A DNA stretch of 64,000 bases from Candidatus Latescibacterota bacterium (GCA_965243025.1 CBDETY010000003.1:6624001-6688000); one strand, 5' to 3'; positions 39,101 to 51,107 are shown, counted from the first letter of the stretch. Notes: generated from the sequence alone by a model not told the origin. A program made the numbers and translations.

Positions 39101-42100
39101 CTGAGCTCGCCTTCTATCTCGCCGACGCCGGGGTGGGTACGGAAGGACTCTCGGTGGACGAGATGCGGGCGCGGTTCAGGGACCTGCCCCAGTACGAAGA
39201 CCGCGACCCGAGCGATCCGGAGGGAGACAACTGGCACTACGACTCGAGCCGGAACCGCAACGACTACAGCCGCATAAACGGCACCGAGGGCAACCGCAAC
39301 ACCGAGGCCGGCACCCGTCCCGACACCGAGGACCTCAACAACGACGGCATTCTCAACCGCAGCAACGACTACTACCACCACGTCATCGACCTTTCCGACG
39401 GCGGCCACGTGCCCGGTTCGGAAAGCCCGGCCGGTTGGCGTCTCTACAGAAGGCGGCTGTTCGACGAGAGGGTCGAACGTGTCGGCTCGCCGGATTCGAG
39501 CCGCGTCGAGTACGGACGCCTGACCCTGGCGGGAGGCTTCCCCGCCCCCGGAGAAACCGCCATCAAGGTGGAAATCGCCCAGATCGAGATCATCCGCAAC
39601 AACTGGCAGGAACAGGAGATCTCGGTGCTGCCGGGCGGCATGCCGCTCGAAGCGGACAGCGAGGAGAGCTTCAACGTCACCGTGATCGGAACCGACAAGA
39701 GCCTGACCTACAAGCCTCCTCCGGGGGTCAAGGTCAGGCGCCTGCGCAACTCGAGAGCGCGGGAACGGGAGCAATCCCTCGTGCTGGAGTACGGCGACCT
39801 CGAAGCCGGACACCAGGCCATGGCTACCAAGGTGCTGCCCGGCAAGGCGGACTACACGAAGTACACGCGCCTGAAAATGTTCGCCCACGGGGACTCCACG
39901 GGGAACTATCTCGTCGACGTCGATTCGAGCGAGATCGAGCTGTTCGTGCGCTTCGGACGGGACGGCTCAAACTTCTACGAGTTCGCCACCCCGATCTTCC
40001 CGGGTTGGGACGAGCGCAACGAGGTCGAAGTCGACCTGCTGCAGATGGCGCAACTGAAAGCGCTGCTGGAGGAAGGCCGCACCGACGACCTGGGCAATCC
40101 GGTTGCCGAGATCGACACGGTGATCGCCGATCCGGACCTCCGCGACGGCACCCCGGCGACTTACCGGGTTCGCGGAAGTCCGTCGATGCAGCAGATCAGG
40201 CAACTGGCCATCGGGGTGCGCAACCGCAGCGCCCTGCGCAGCTATTCCGGGCGCCTGTTCACCGACGAGCTGCGCCTTGACGAGGCGCGCAACGACCCCG
40301 GGCTGGCGGCCTATGCCCGCGTCAACAGCTCGCTTGCCGACCTGGTCAACGTCGACGCTTCGGTCGACTGGCAGGGGGAGAACTTTCGCACCATCACCAA
40401 CACGGGCCGCAAGCAATCGGACTTCCGGACGTCTTTGAACACCACGACCAACCTGCACAAGTTCCTGCCGGGCAGCTGGGGTTTCTCCATCCCCGTCAAA
40501 GCGACCTACACGCGCGACCAGAGCCTGCCACGCTTCGGTCCCAACTCCGACGTCGAGCTCGACCCGCTGGAGAAGCAGGAGCAGAAATCGCAGAGGATCA
40601 AGGAGCTCTACGAGATCTCGATCAGCAAACGCTCGAGCAAGAACTGGATCACCCGCTGGTCTTTCGACCAGATGAACTTCCGCATGTCGCAGACCCGGGA
40701 GCGCGGTTTCTCCCCGATCCGTCCGCTCGAAAACAGGGACAACCAGAACATGAGCTTCAGCTACAAGATGCCCCTCCCGAAACCGACCCTCAGGTTTCTC
40801 GGCTGGCTGCCCGGTTTCGCCCCGGAATCCTGGTCGAAGACCGAGCTGCGTTTCCTGCCGACAACCGCCAACTATTCGATGACCGTCAACCGCCGGGAGT
40901 CGGCGACGCTGCAGCGCTCGAACATCGATACGACCTTTCAGCAAGAGTTCGGGATGAGGGAAACCTACACCGCCAAAGCCAACCCGATAAAAGCGCTGTC
41001 AGGCGATTACAGCCTCCAGATCAATCGCGACCTGCGCAAGAAATACGACCTCGGGAAGCTGAGCTTCGGCCGTGAGGTAAGGCGCAACCAGAAGGCGGAC
41101 ATCAAGCTGACGCTCAGGTTTCTGAAATGGCTCGACCAGAGCTATACCTTCCTGGCCAACTACGAGGAGATCAGCGATCCGAGGCGAAGGCAGTCCAAGG
41201 CGGTCATCGACTCGGTCACCGGACTGCCGGCGAAGACCATCGACATAACGACAAAGAACAATCTTTCGGGCCGGGTGAACCTGCGCCTCGGGCAGCTGAT
41301 GAAAGCGGTCGGCAAGCCGGGGGTGAAGCGGAGCAGGAGCTCCCGGAGAGACCGGGAAGGGGAGGCGAACGAAAACTCACCCGAAACGGGGTCGCCCCGG
41401 ACTGACGGACCGCGCCAGCCGTTCTTCCTGCGCCGGTTCCTGTACTTTGCCGGGGGCCGCGTCGACCCCTTGAGCGCAAACTGGCGCCGCAGCGGGGAAG
41501 GGCGGAACTACAACCTCCTCGGGCGCCCGGCTGTCTCCTACCAGCTCGGGCTCGCCGACAGCCTCGAGATCCGGCGCGCTGCAGCGGGGTTGACCAGGCA
41601 GGATCAGCACAGCCTCAACCAAAACCTCGACCTGTCGACCGGCGCCAAGCTGCCGATGGGGTTCAGCGTCAAGACCAACTACAAGGACCAGACCTCGCGC
41701 CGCAGCGGCAGCACCCGCAACCGGCTGCGGATCCGCCGCGAGGAAACCTTCCCGAGCGTCACCGTCAGCTGGGGCCGGGCCGACCGTATTCCCTACGTCA
41801 GGAGGTTCCTGAACAGCGCCAAGGTGACCGCCTCGATCGATGGCGGGGTTACCGACGAGGGGAACAACACCCTGCTTCCGCAGGACCTGCTGAGCGAGGA
41901 AACCACGGACGAGATGCGCCTGTCGTGGACGGGACAATGGCGCTGGGGTCCGAGCACCCGGATAGGAGTGACTCGTTCGAGTTCCGACGAAACCAACTAC
42001 GAGCTCACCGCCGAGAATGCCGAGGCGGGCGGGAGACCCCCTGTGCGTGGGAGGGGGACGAGCGAGCGAAGCTCGACCAGCCTCGAGGTGAAGTACCGGC

Positions 42101-42387
42101 TGAGGCCGCGGGAACTGCCGCTCCTCGGGAAACTGAAGAGCGAGGTGGACCTCGCCTTCGAGATCGAGCGGGGGGCGAAGAAACGGTGGAGCGCTACCGG
42201 CCTTGAAGAACCTGTCCCTCTCGAGTCGAAGGATGAATGGAAAGCGGAACTGAAGGGGACCTACCGCTTCAGCGACACCTTCCGGGGCAACGGCCTCGTG
42301 CGCATGGACTACAGCCGCGACAACCGCAGGGCACAGCTTCGGAAAGTGCACGAGGTCAAGGTCTCCGGAATGCTGACTTTCCGCTGA
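36196..42387 (+). CDS. sprA: SprA/Sov-like type IX secretion translocon (large OM beta-barrel)
   Basis: 2063 aa with signal peptide; IKLDYKGDEDDIFQEIVAGN...GLFGIR...TTIASHEKS, WNLEWKNVY, YIDDFEGS, RGRMIWYN, LHIDLGSIDED, GTEGN, PDTEDLNNDG, DELRL; these match SprA motifs as I recall them. Confidence 0.88.
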   Translation: MIVRSRFDAKRARFGFLGFFACALCAQASATEIGLRPHPLVGPVAQLYHQPLEYGDITRPGQPLLRWRWKRPMVESAMSFAMKEVTVDSNGVHYTPVTAGFPSGPPVTLKLGDYLDLGYDHTLRSQWRETVRRDQKVTAARQAGKRGRFEWRVPFPAPAPVRRFIGDEGSLRINGSHTATLGGKSQWTAGEVRTRAGGPSKFPSLSMEQESKFSVEGSVGEAINIRIDQDTQQLGQGIAAGFKDKLANEIKLDYKGDEDDIFQEIVAGNTTLALPQTRFVTFNQQHKGLFGIRAKGRLGPMAFTTIASHEKSESNRRTFRGGAQVDTFSVRDHDYIRNSYFFLGMRYRDRLGDFREVASSQPRGLVQADIIDEASLEVYINDFNTNNDAELLAKQGVATVDAQDAQLAAAGGSDIECFDASGGPIDRTGCREEGTWHRLDPDNDYSLVREFGFIILNRPVQDRYALAVKYRTVGGEEFGAGGDQLRLRLIKARNARPDFPTWNLEWKNVYRIVRGFSRGRQFERDKIRVEILEEVPGREPSPSQGRKSLLQIMGLDTHGQDAGTPPDQLIDADYIGLDESRGVLIFPDLTPFAPSDTRFAGLENPVPKIYDSHQRRDQEEVSRFLIQVVNSSGEQRISLTQGRLAGIDTESVQVRLNGKRLTRDVDYTVSFTGDVTFLGDVQNIVSDPGAELEISYESQDLLGLGSQQKTLLGTRGEYEFMGGDATVGGTVLYNNVRSVDPRVRVGAEPARTVVWDLDLKAKFDAPLLTRAVDALPLLKTAARSDLSFHAEVAQSRPNLNTKGRGYIDDFEGSEQPDILSIFRNRWTPASRPLAFDADHRGRMIWYNPYNRIARTEIWPRQEEQIEASQNKTDVLVMELTPLEEGPESWGGLMSTWSTGVRDFSQSKFLEVWVRGTEGVLHIDLGSIDEDWIENGVIDTEDIPYAGSRTGDNVVSPEEDVGIDRRDDAAELAFYLADAGVGTEGLSVDEMRARFRDLPQYEDRDPSDPEGDNWHYDSSRNRNDYSRINGTEGNRNTEAGTRPDTEDLNNDGILNRSNDYYHHVIDLSDGGHVPGSESPAGWRLYRRRLFDERVERVGSPDSSRVEYGRLTLAGGFPAPGETAIKVEIAQIEIIRNNWQEQEISVLPGGMPLEADSEESFNVTVIGTDKSLTYKPPPGVKVRRLRNSRAREREQSLVLEYGDLEAGHQAMATKVLPGKADYTKYTRLKMFAHGDSTGNYLVDVDSSEIELFVRFGRDGSNFYEFATPIFPGWDERNEVEVDLLQMAQLKALLEEGRTDDLGNPVAEIDTVIADPDLRDGTPATYRVRGSPSMQQIRQLAIGVRNRSALRSYSGRLFTDELRLDEARNDPGLAAYARVNSSLADLVNVDASVDWQGENFRTITNTGRKQSDFRTSLNTTTNLHKFLPGSWGFSIPVKATYTRDQSLPRFGPNSDVELDPLEKQEQKSQRIKELYEISISKRSSKNWITRWSFDQMNFRMSQTRERGFSPIRPLENRDNQNMSFSYKMPLPKPTLRFLGWLPGFAPESWSKTELRFLPTTANYSMTVNRRESATLQRSNIDTTFQQEFGMRETYTAKANPIKALSGDYSLQINRDLRKKYDLGKLSFGREVRRNQKADIKLTLRFLKWLDQSYTFLANYEEISDPRRRQSKAVIDSVTGLPAKTIDITTKNNLSGRVNLRLGQLMKAVGKPGVKRSRSSRRDREGEANENSPETGSPRTDGPRQPFFLRRFLYFAGGRVDPLSANWRRSGEGRNYNLLGRPAVSYQLGLADSLEIRRAAAGLTRQDQHSLNQNLDLSTGAKLPMGFSVKTNYKDQTSRRSGSTRNRLRIRREETFPSVTVSWGRADRIPYVRRFLNSAKVTASIDGGVTDEGNNTLLPQDLLSEETTDEMRLSWTGQWRWGPSTRIGVTRSSSDETNYELTAENAEAGGRPPVRGRGTSERSSTSLEVKYRLRPRELPLLGKLKSEVDLAFEIERGAKKRWSATGLEEPVPLESKDEWKAELKGTYRFSDTFRGNGLVRMDYSRDNRRAQLRKVHEVKVSGMLTFR

Positions 42388-42449
42388 CGGCGACGATGAC
42401 CACGGGCACGCGGAACGGTTTGACCCGGCTTGTGCATCAGGTATCTTCG

Positions 42450-42836
42450 ATGTTCAACCGGCAGGAACAGACCGCGCTGCTGTTCCTCTCGGCTGCGCTC
42501 CTGCTGGGCACCGGCATAGCCGTCGTCGACCGCTACGATCCCGAGGCGATGGAGGAGTTCCACGTGATCGAGGCCGCGGTCGAAGCGCCCTCCGGCGCGG
42601 TTGCCGCGGATCGCCGCCCGCCTCCCCTTCCCGAACCGGCGGCCCCGGTGGGGGTGAACTCGGCGACCTCCGCGCAGCTGCAGACCCTTCCCTCGATAGG
42701 TCCGAAGACGGCCGCGCGAATCATCGGCTTCCGGGAGCGGAACGGGCCTTTCTCCAGGCTGGAGGATCTCCTCGAGGTGAAAGGCATCGGACCGGCAACA
42801 CTCGAAAAGATCCGTCCGGCAGTCACCTTGAACTGA
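42450..42836 (+). CDS. comEA: ComEA family helix-hairpin-helix DNA-binding protein
   Basis: N-terminal TM; VNSATSAQLQTLPSIGPKTAARIIGFRERNGPFSRLEDLLEVKGIGPATLEKI. Alternative start at 42396. Confidence 0.92.
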   Translation: MFNRQEQTALLFLSAALLLGTGIAVVDRYDPEAMEEFHVIEAAVEAPSGAVAADRRPPPLPEPAAPVGVNSATSAQLQTLPSIGPKTAARIIGFRERNGPFSRLEDLLEVKGIGPATLEKIRPAVTLN

Positions 42837-42840
42837 AGAC

Positions 42841-43809
42841 ATGCTGCGGTCACGCCAGAAGCGAGCCACCGGCATCCACTTCGATGACCGGGGGTTGTAC
42901 GCCGTCGAGTTGGCCCGGGCGCGCGGCAGAACGGTGCTGGCCGGAAGCGCCCGCGTCGACCTGGAGGTATCGGCAGGAGTCGACCGTTCCACGGACTCCT
43001 CGCTGAGGACGGGGTTCACCGCCGCCCTCAAGAAGGCTCGCGGCCACCGCGGCATGCGCTTCGAGAATCCGTATGCGACTCTGCAGTCCGGGGCTGTGCA
43101 CCTCAAGCAGAGGCCGCCTTTTTTCGTCGGGAACGCAAAACGTCGGGGCCAGCTCGAATGGGAGGCTCGGCAGTTCCTTCCCGACGACCTCCGCTCCTAC
43201 GCACTCGACTGCTTCACGACGACGAGAGCCGTTTTCGTGGTGGCCGCACGGCGCGAGGGAATTGAAGAGGTGACGGCCATCTGCCGGGGCGCCGGGATCC
43301 CCCGGCCCAGGGTGGATGCCGCCCCCCTGGCGTTGTGCAACGCCGCCGAGTCGAGCGGAGCATCGGCGCCGGTCGGGATCGACCTGGTTCTGGATTTCGC
43401 CGGGGACCGGGCCACCATGATTCTGCTCGACCGCGGAGAGGTGGCGGCGGTCGAGTTCTGCAACTGGAACGGCCGCTACGCTCCGTATGCGCAAGGGGCC
43501 GTCGACATTCAGGAGGACGGGGAGGCGGCGGCTGCCGCGGCCGACCCGGCCAGGGGGGAGCAGTTGTCGCGATCGTTGCGCAGGCTGATGGATCTGGAGC
43601 TGGGTGGAGAGAACCCGGACCGGGTCTGGCTCTCGGGCAGGGAAGCTCTGGACGGGTGGCCGCAGGAGGTCGAGACCAGGCTGTCCCTCGGGAGCAGGAC
43701 CCTCAACCCCTTTGCCGACGTCGATACCGCAGGGGCGGAGGACGTGGCCGACCCGTTCGCTTTCGCAACCGCCGCCGGCCTGGCCTTCAGAGGTCTGTCG
43801 GAAGCGTAG
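42841..43809 (+). CDS. PilM-like (actin-fold) pilus assembly protein, divergent
   Basis: GIHF...LYAVEL, LEWEARQFLP, VVAARRE, VDAAPLALCNA, VWLSG, LNPF, FATAAGLAFRG. Confidence 0.7.
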   Translation: MLRSRQKRATGIHFDDRGLYAVELARARGRTVLAGSARVDLEVSAGVDRSTDSSLRTGFTAALKKARGHRGMRFENPYATLQSGAVHLKQRPPFFVGNAKRRGQLEWEARQFLPDDLRSYALDCFTTTRAVFVVAARREGIEEVTAICRGAGIPRPRVDAAPLALCNAAESSGASAPVGIDLVLDFAGDRATMILLDRGEVAAVEFCNWNGRYAPYAQGAVDIQEDGEAAAAAADPARGEQLSRSLRRLMDLELGGENPDRVWLSGREALDGWPQEVETRLSLGSRTLNPFADVDTAGAEDVADPFAFATAAGLAFRGLSEA

Positions 43810-43818
43810 TGCCCCGGC

Positions 43819-44663
43819 ATGATACGCGTGGATCTGCGCCAATCCCATCGCCTGCGCTGGTTGCTGATCTCCGTCCTGGCGGCGGTCGGCGCCGGCATGG
43901 GGGTGCTCGCGCTTCCGGCGGCCTGGGACCTCCCGTTGCCGCCCGTAGAGGATCTGCAGGCGATCTTGCCGAAGTGGGGCACGCCGCCGCCGGCTGCGAA
44001 CGAGCTCCCGCCCGAAGAGGCGCCTGTCCCCGAATCCCCGGAAATCCCTCGGGGGAGTACCGCCTGTCTGCGTATCCTGCGCCTGGGGAATCAGCTTTCT
44101 CCTCCCCTTAGGTTGACCTCGCTGGCGGCCGACGGAAGCGGCGGATATCACCTCGAAGGGTCGTGCCGGGGCGACCAGGTGGAGAGCTTGCAGGGCATTC
44201 TCGATTCCCTGAAGAGACTGCCGGCGAAGGCGAGCCTGTCGTACTGGCGCGACCCGAATGCGGTGGAGGACCAGTACCGGTTCGCCTTCCGGGGAAAACT
44301 GAGCGGGTTCGGCGGAATGCCGCTGCCGCCGGTGACCGCGGCGGAAGGGGCGCAGCTGTTCGAGCAGGTGGTGGAGCGGGCGCGGGACGCCGGACTGCGC
44401 GGCGTCAATGCCGACGCCGTGGCACAGCGGCCGCTCGGCGAATCCCTTCTGCGCAAAAGGGGAAAGTTCTGGGGGTCTGGTTCCCGTTCCCAGATAACGG
44501 CTTTCGCGCGCGCGATCGGCTTGCCGACGAAACGGCGGGCACTGGTCGAGCTGCTCGTCGTTCCGGGCTATCCCGGTGAGAACGCGGACTGGGAGAGCGC
44601 CCAGATGTTCGCGACCGTCGACGTTGTGGTGAAGGCCGGGAAAAACCGAAACGGAGATTTGTG

Positions 44664-44664
<1 letters not shown>
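43819..44664 (+). CDS. Bitopic membrane protein, PilN/PilO-like (weak)
   Basis: MIRVDL N-terminus (cf. PilN 'I.INL'), single TM, LTSL...HLEG; located directly after the PilM-like gene. Confidence 0.4.
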
Positions 44665-47237
<2,573 letters not shown>

Positions 47238-47248
47238 TGTCCAGTCCC

Positions 47249-48085
47249 ATGAAAACGCAGTGCGCGTCCCCCTATCGCCGCATCGAGGTCCAACCGCTCT
47301 CCGGTGCCGTCGGAGCCGAGATCAAGGGGGCCGACCTTTCCCGCCCCCTCGACCCCGACCTCCTGGCCGAGGTCCGCCGCGCCTTCCTCGACCACCTGGT
47401 CGTCTGCTTCCGCGGTCAGGAGCTCACCCCGGCGGAAGAGCTCGCCTTCGCCCGGCAGATGGGGGAGCCGGTTCCCTACCCGCAGCTCGAGGGGCTGCGG
47501 GGATTCCCCCTGATCACGGAGGTCGTCAAACGGGAGAACGAGTGGGTGAACTTCGGCGGCGTCTGGCATTCGGATACCGCCTACCTCGACTCCCCGCCGA
47601 AGGCGAGCCAGCTGTACGCCGTCGAGGTCCCTCCTTTAGGCGGCGACACGATCTTCGCCAACCAGTACGTCGCCTGGGAAACTCTTTCGGAGGGGTTGAA
47701 GAAGACCCTTGCCGGCCTTGCCGCGGTCAACATCTCCTCCAAACCGGAGATCTCGAGGACAAGGGACGATCGCCTGCGGGAAAAGGGGGAGGCCCTGAAG
47801 GTGCTGAGCGCGGTGCATCCGGTCGTGCGCACCCACCCCGAGACCGGGGGCAAGGCGCTGTACGTCAACCGCGCCCATACGGTCCGCTTCGAAGGTTGGA
47901 CGGAGCCGGAGAGCCGGCCATTGCTCGACTACCTGTTCGAGCACCAGGTGCGCCCCGAGTTCACCTGCCGCATCCGCTGGGAAAAGGGAACCCTCACCCT
48001 GTGGGACAACCGCTGCGCCCAGCACCTGCCGCTGAACGATTACCAGGGATACCGCCGCCTCATGCACAGGGTGACGCTGGCCTGA
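47249..48085 (+). CDS. TauD/TfdA family dioxygenase
   Basis: GAEIKGADL, WHSD, GGDTIFAN, HPVVRTHPETG, WDNRCAQH, RRLMHRVTL. Confidence 0.93.
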   Translation: MKTQCASPYRRIEVQPLSGAVGAEIKGADLSRPLDPDLLAEVRRAFLDHLVVCFRGQELTPAEELAFARQMGEPVPYPQLEGLRGFPLITEVVKRENEWVNFGGVWHSDTAYLDSPPKASQLYAVEVPPLGGDTIFANQYVAWETLSEGLKKTLAGLAAVNISSKPEISRTRDDRLREKGEALKVLSAVHPVVRTHPETGGKALYVNRAHTVRFEGWTEPESRPLLDYLFEHQVRPEFTCRIRWEKGTLTLWDNRCAQHLPLNDYQGYRRLMHRVTLA

Positions 48086-48258
48086 GCGGACGTAAACCAG
48101 GGCCCTGGCGGTGTCCGAATTTCCTGTCTGCTGAAAAGGGACAGCGAGGAAACCTCCCGGACCCGGGAGTACCGGGATTCCCGGAACCGCCTCCCCCCGG
48201 CCAGGGAGGGCCGGGAGGTTGCACCGGGGGCCGATGGGAGAATAAGCCCGGGCGGCCT

Positions 48259-48450
48259 TCAGTTGCGGCCGGGCGGGTCGATCTCGACAAGGGAGGAGGG
48301 TGAGTCGGGGCCTTGCCCCTTCTCCTTCTTCCCGTTCCCGCGGCGGCGGGCGAACGGCCCCAGAACTCGCACCGCCACCCAGCCGGCGCAGAACCCGGCG
48401 ACGAGAAGCGCCGCCCAGGTCTGCCAGTTCTCTGTCGGGAAGCCGGCCAC
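48259..48450 (-). CDS. Small membrane protein downstream of feoB (FeoB-associated-like)
   Basis: 63 aa, one TM (WQTWAALLVAGFCAGWVAV), basic linker, LVEID; GGAG upstream; 18 nt after the feoB stop. Confidence 0.5.
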   Translation of the reverse strand: MAGFPTENWQTWAALLVAGFCAGWVAVRVLGPFARRRGNGKKEKGQGPDSPSSLVEIDPPGRN

Positions 48451-48468
48451 GGTTGCTCTCCTGGCGCG

Positions 48469-50655
48469 TTACCCCAACCCCAGCCACAGGGCGCCGCGGT
48501 AGGTGGCCAGGGCGCCGGCGTAGGCGAGAAGGGTCATGTAGGCGAAAGTCAGCAGCGGCCACCCCCAGGATCCGGACTCCCGCTTGATCACCGCCAGCGT
48601 CGACATGCATTGGGCGCAGAGGGCGAAGAAGACCATGATCGACAGGGCTGCGGGGATTCCGATCGCCGGGCGTCCGTCCGGGCGCCTTGCCGCCTGAAGG
48701 GCGTGGCTCAGGTCTTGGGAGGTTTCGTCCTGGTCTCCTCCGAGGCTGTAGATCGTTCCCAGCACCGATACGATCACCTCCCGGGCCGGGAAGGAGGCGA
48801 GCGTCGCCATTCCTATGCGCCAGTCCCACCCCAGGGGGGCGACGAGCGGCTCGACGAACTTGCCGGCCTGTCCGAGATAGCTGACTTCCAGCAGGTGGGC
48901 GGCCTCGCGGCGTTCGATGTCGGCGAGCTCCCCGGCCGCGGCCTGGCGCTCCGTTTCGTACTGCTGCACCACCTCGACGGGCCGCGGGAAGTAGGCCAGC
49001 GCCCACATGACGATGGTGGTAGCGAGAATGATGCTGCCGGCGCGCAGGACGAAGGCCTTGCTGCTGTGGTATACCCGCAGGGCGACTGTGCGCGGCGCCG
49101 GCAATTTGTACGACGGCATCTCGAGCAGAAAGGGGGGCGGGTCCCCCTTGAGGAGGATCCTCTTGAGCAGCCAGGCGACCGGTACGGCAACCGCGGCCCC
49201 GACGCAGTACATGGCGAAAAGGGTCAGTCCCTGCAGGCCGACCCAGCTGCCGAGGAGGGCGCGGTCGGGGATGAAGGCGCCAATGAAGAGGACGTACACC
49301 GGCAGCCGCGCCGAGCAGCTCATCAGCGGCGCCACCATCATCGTCGTCAGGCGGTCGCGCCGGTCCTCCACGGTGCGCGTCGCCATCACCCCTGGAACGG
49401 CGCAGGCGAAGCTGGAGAGCAGCGGCAGGAAGGACTTTCCCGACAGCCCGCAGCGGCTCAGCAGCCGGTCCATGAGCAGGGCGGCGCGCGCCATGTAACC
49501 GCAGTCCTCGAGCACGGAGATGAACAGGAAGAGGATGGCTATCTGGGGCAGAAAGATCACCACCCCGCCGACTCCGGCTACGACCCCGTCGACGATCAGG
49601 CTGTGAAAGGGGCCGGGGGCCATCACCGCGGAGGCCGCCGCCCCCAGGGCGGAGAACAGCGCGTCGATGGCGTCCATGACCGGCACCGCCCAGGCGAAGA
49701 TCGCCTGGAACACCAGCGCGCTGAGGAGGGCGAATACCGCCACTCCGGCGACCCGGTGCATCAGGAGGCGGTCGATCCTGTCGGAACGGCTCGGGAGCAA
49801 CGGGTCTCCCTGAACCACCGAGTCCTCGAGCACTCGCTCGATCCAGGCATAGCGGACCTCGGTCTCGAGCGCGGCCAGCGGGCCCGGGGAACCGACCTCG
49901 CCCCGCATCCGCTCCAGGCGGGTGTTGATGGCGGTTCCCAGGGAGGCGCCGAGGCGTTGTTCGATGACCCCGCCCGCGTCGACGAGGGCGCGAAACGCCT
50001 CGACCCGGGACAGGCTCCTCTCGCGGCCGCCTGCGGCCACCGCCATGCCCTCCAGCGCCTGTGCCTGCTCGCGCAGGGGCTCGGGAAACTGCGGCAGGTT
50101 CGGGTGCGGTTGTTCTCCTGAATGCAGCACCGCCTCGATGGCCTGTTTCAGCGTCCTCAGGCCAAGGCGCCGTCTCGCGGAGACCGGAACGACCGGCACC
50201 CCGAGACGCGCGGACAGGATGCTGGCGTTGACCTCGACCCCGCGGCGCCGGGCGATGTCGGTCATGTTGAGGGCGACGACGACCGGGGTGCCGACTTCGA
50301 GCAGCTGGGAGACCAGGTAGAGGTTGCGGCGCAGGTTGCTGGCATCGACGATGGCGAGAACGAGGTCGACCTCGGGAGCCCCGGCCTGCTGGCCGAGAAG
50401 GAGGTCGACGGCGATGAGCTGGTCGGGGGCGTGGGCGGCGAGGCTGTAGGTTCCCGGCAGGTCGATCAGCTCGGCGGTTCCGCCCCCGCTCAGGGAGAGG
50501 GTGCCGCTCATGTGCTCGACGGTCACCCCGGGGTAGTTGCCGACGTGCTGCGAGAGCCCGGTGAGGGCGTTGAAAAGAGTGGTCTTGCCGGTGTTGGGGT
50601 TGCCGATCAGGGCGATCGACGGCGCCGGCTGGCGCCCGGGTGACGCTGCGGTCAT
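48469..50655 (-). CDS. feoB: Ferrous iron transporter FeoB
   Basis: GNPNTGKTT, VGNYPGVTVE, DLPGTYSL, NMTD, LEDCGYMAR, FACAVP, MSCSARLPVY, CAQCMSTL. Confidence 0.97.
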   Translation of the reverse strand: MTAASPGRQPAPSIALIGNPNTGKTTLFNALTGLSQHVGNYPGVTVEHMSGTLSLSGGGTAELIDLPGTYSLAAHAPDQLIAVDLLLGQQAGAPEVDLVLAIVDASNLRRNLYLVSQLLEVGTPVVVALNMTDIARRRGVEVNASILSARLGVPVVPVSARRRLGLRTLKQAIEAVLHSGEQPHPNLPQFPEPLREQAQALEGMAVAAGGRERSLSRVEAFRALVDAGGVIEQRLGASLGTAINTRLERMRGEVGSPGPLAALETEVRYAWIERVLEDSVVQGDPLLPSRSDRIDRLLMHRVAGVAVFALLSALVFQAIFAWAVPVMDAIDALFSALGAAASAVMAPGPFHSLIVDGVVAGVGGVVIFLPQIAILFLFISVLEDCGYMARAALLMDRLLSRCGLSGKSFLPLLSSFACAVPGVMATRTVEDRRDRLTTMMVAPLMSCSARLPVYVLFIGAFIPDRALLGSWVGLQGLTLFAMYCVGAAVAVPVAWLLKRILLKGDPPPFLLEMPSYKLPAPRTVALRVYHSSKAFVLRAGSIILATTIVMWALAYFPRPVEVVQQYETERQAAAGELADIERREAAHLLEVSYLGQAGKFVEPLVAPLGWDWRIGMATLASFPAREVIVSVLGTIYSLGGDQDETSQDLSHALQAARRPDGRPAIGIPAALSIMVFFALCAQCMSTLAVIKRESGSWGWPLLTFAYMTLLAYAGALATYRGALWLGLG

Positions 50656-50685
50656 GCCCTGATTCGCCGCGCGGATTCCGGTATG

Positions 50686-50991
50686 CTACGTCGCCGCCGG
50701 CGGGTGGGAGCCGCCCGCTGAAAACGTCCGGTCGAGAGCCCGCACGCGAATGGTGGAGGCGTCTTGCCGGCGCATGGCGACCCGCCCCTCTCCTACCTGG
50801 AGGACGATCCGGCTGCCGCTTCGGATGACGCGGACGCGCACCCCCGGAACCAGGCCGATTTCGCGAAGCCGCGTCTCGACGGAGGTATTGCAGGGAGCTT
50901 CGACGACCTCGGCATCGACATCGAGGCCGCACTCGGACAGATTGGTAACCGGGGCGTTCTGCCCGTTCCCGGAGGTTCCGCTGGTGTTCAT
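50686..50991 (-). CDS. feoA: FeoA family protein
   Basis: RLREIGLVPGVRVRVIR...LQVGEGRVAMRRQDASTIRV; directly upstream of feoB. Confidence 0.88.
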   Translation of the reverse strand: MNTSGTSGNGQNAPVTNLSECGLDVDAEVVEAPCNTSVETRLREIGLVPGVRVRVIRSGSRIVLQVGEGRVAMRRQDASTIRVRALDRTFSAGGSHPPAAT

Positions 50992-51025
50992 TCGATTCCT
51001 GCCGTTATCGAGCCGTTACCTGCCG

Positions 51026-51107
51026 TATGCATGGCAAACAATCTGTTTGGCATGACAAACAGATGATTGATATGCCAAAGATAGATGCCTCCGTCAGCGT
51101 ACGTCAA
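51026..51107 (-). promoter_or_regulatory. feoA promoter with palindromic operator(s)
   Basis: Minus-strand TTGACG(51107-51102)-N18-TATCTT(51083-51078); perfect ATCTGTTTG-N6-CAAACAGAT palindrome at 51041-51064 plus two degenerate flanking copies. Confidence 0.7.

Noticed and set aside
48083-48120. TauD ends HRVTLA-TGA, slightly short; possible selenocysteine or readthrough
   Set aside because: All catalytic motifs precede the stop, and neither a Cys-equivalent position nor a convincing SECIS is seen.
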